Source: a virus
Lineage: Duplodnaviria; Caudoviricetes
Length of the DNA stretch: 43,234 nt
IMG/VR virus record: IMGVR_UViG_3300033475_000061
Location: 1 to 43,234 of that record
Direction: 5' to 3' (one strand)
Of this stretch, positions 43,141 through 43,234 are shown in pieces. Position 1 is the first letter of the stretch. Each line of letters starts with the position of its first letter. The notes beneath the pieces were generated by a model, which made no database searches, had not been told where the DNA came from, and worked only from the letters and a program-made list of their open reading frames with translations. Both the position numbers and the translations under genes were made by a program.

Positions 43141-43234
43141 GGTGGATACTCCTCCGCCGCATCGCGCGGCATCGGCTGGTCGTCACATCGCGTGACGGTC
43201 GGAACTCATGAACCTGGCTGACCAAACAGCCACC

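Larger units (their letters stand above)
1..43234. mobile_element. Temperate siphovirus-type actinobacteriophage, essentially complete genome
   Basis: Full module set from terS (right end) to HNH (left end), including head, tail, lysis, integrase/repressor and replication genes; no flanking host genes seen. Confidence 0.95.

Overview
This window looks like an essentially complete, high-GC temperate actinobacteriophage (siphovirus) genome, written mostly on the minus strand. A Micromonosporaceae-like host is an inference only. From the right end leftwards it carries terminase small and large subunits, portal, minor head protein, scaffold, a 63-aa Prp-like cysteine protease, major capsid, head-tail genes with an embedded beta-helix fibre, major tail, a -1 frameshifted tail chaperone, tape measure, minor tail proteins with a second beta-helix spike, and a lysis cassette (GH25 lysin, holin-like genes, papain-like protease). 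Next comes an accessory island (HTH genes behind an 81-bp palindrome, GntR, small Cys/His proteins, resolvase-like domain), then an arm-less tyrosine integrase with the repressor/Cro switch. A long early operon follows (RecE/RecT-like pair, RusA, replication initiator with iterons, PAPS-reductase-like protein, internally deleted C5 methyltransferase), ending in HNH. The most notable observation is a phage-encoded mini-Prp sitting between two genes whose products share the N-terminal motif WFxLxRH-D. Also notable are several cis RNA/DNA structures and gene cassettes bounded by duplicated stop/start junctions. All calls come from motif recognition and synteny; no database search was run, and start codons were chosen by eye from RBSs and stop/start overlaps.
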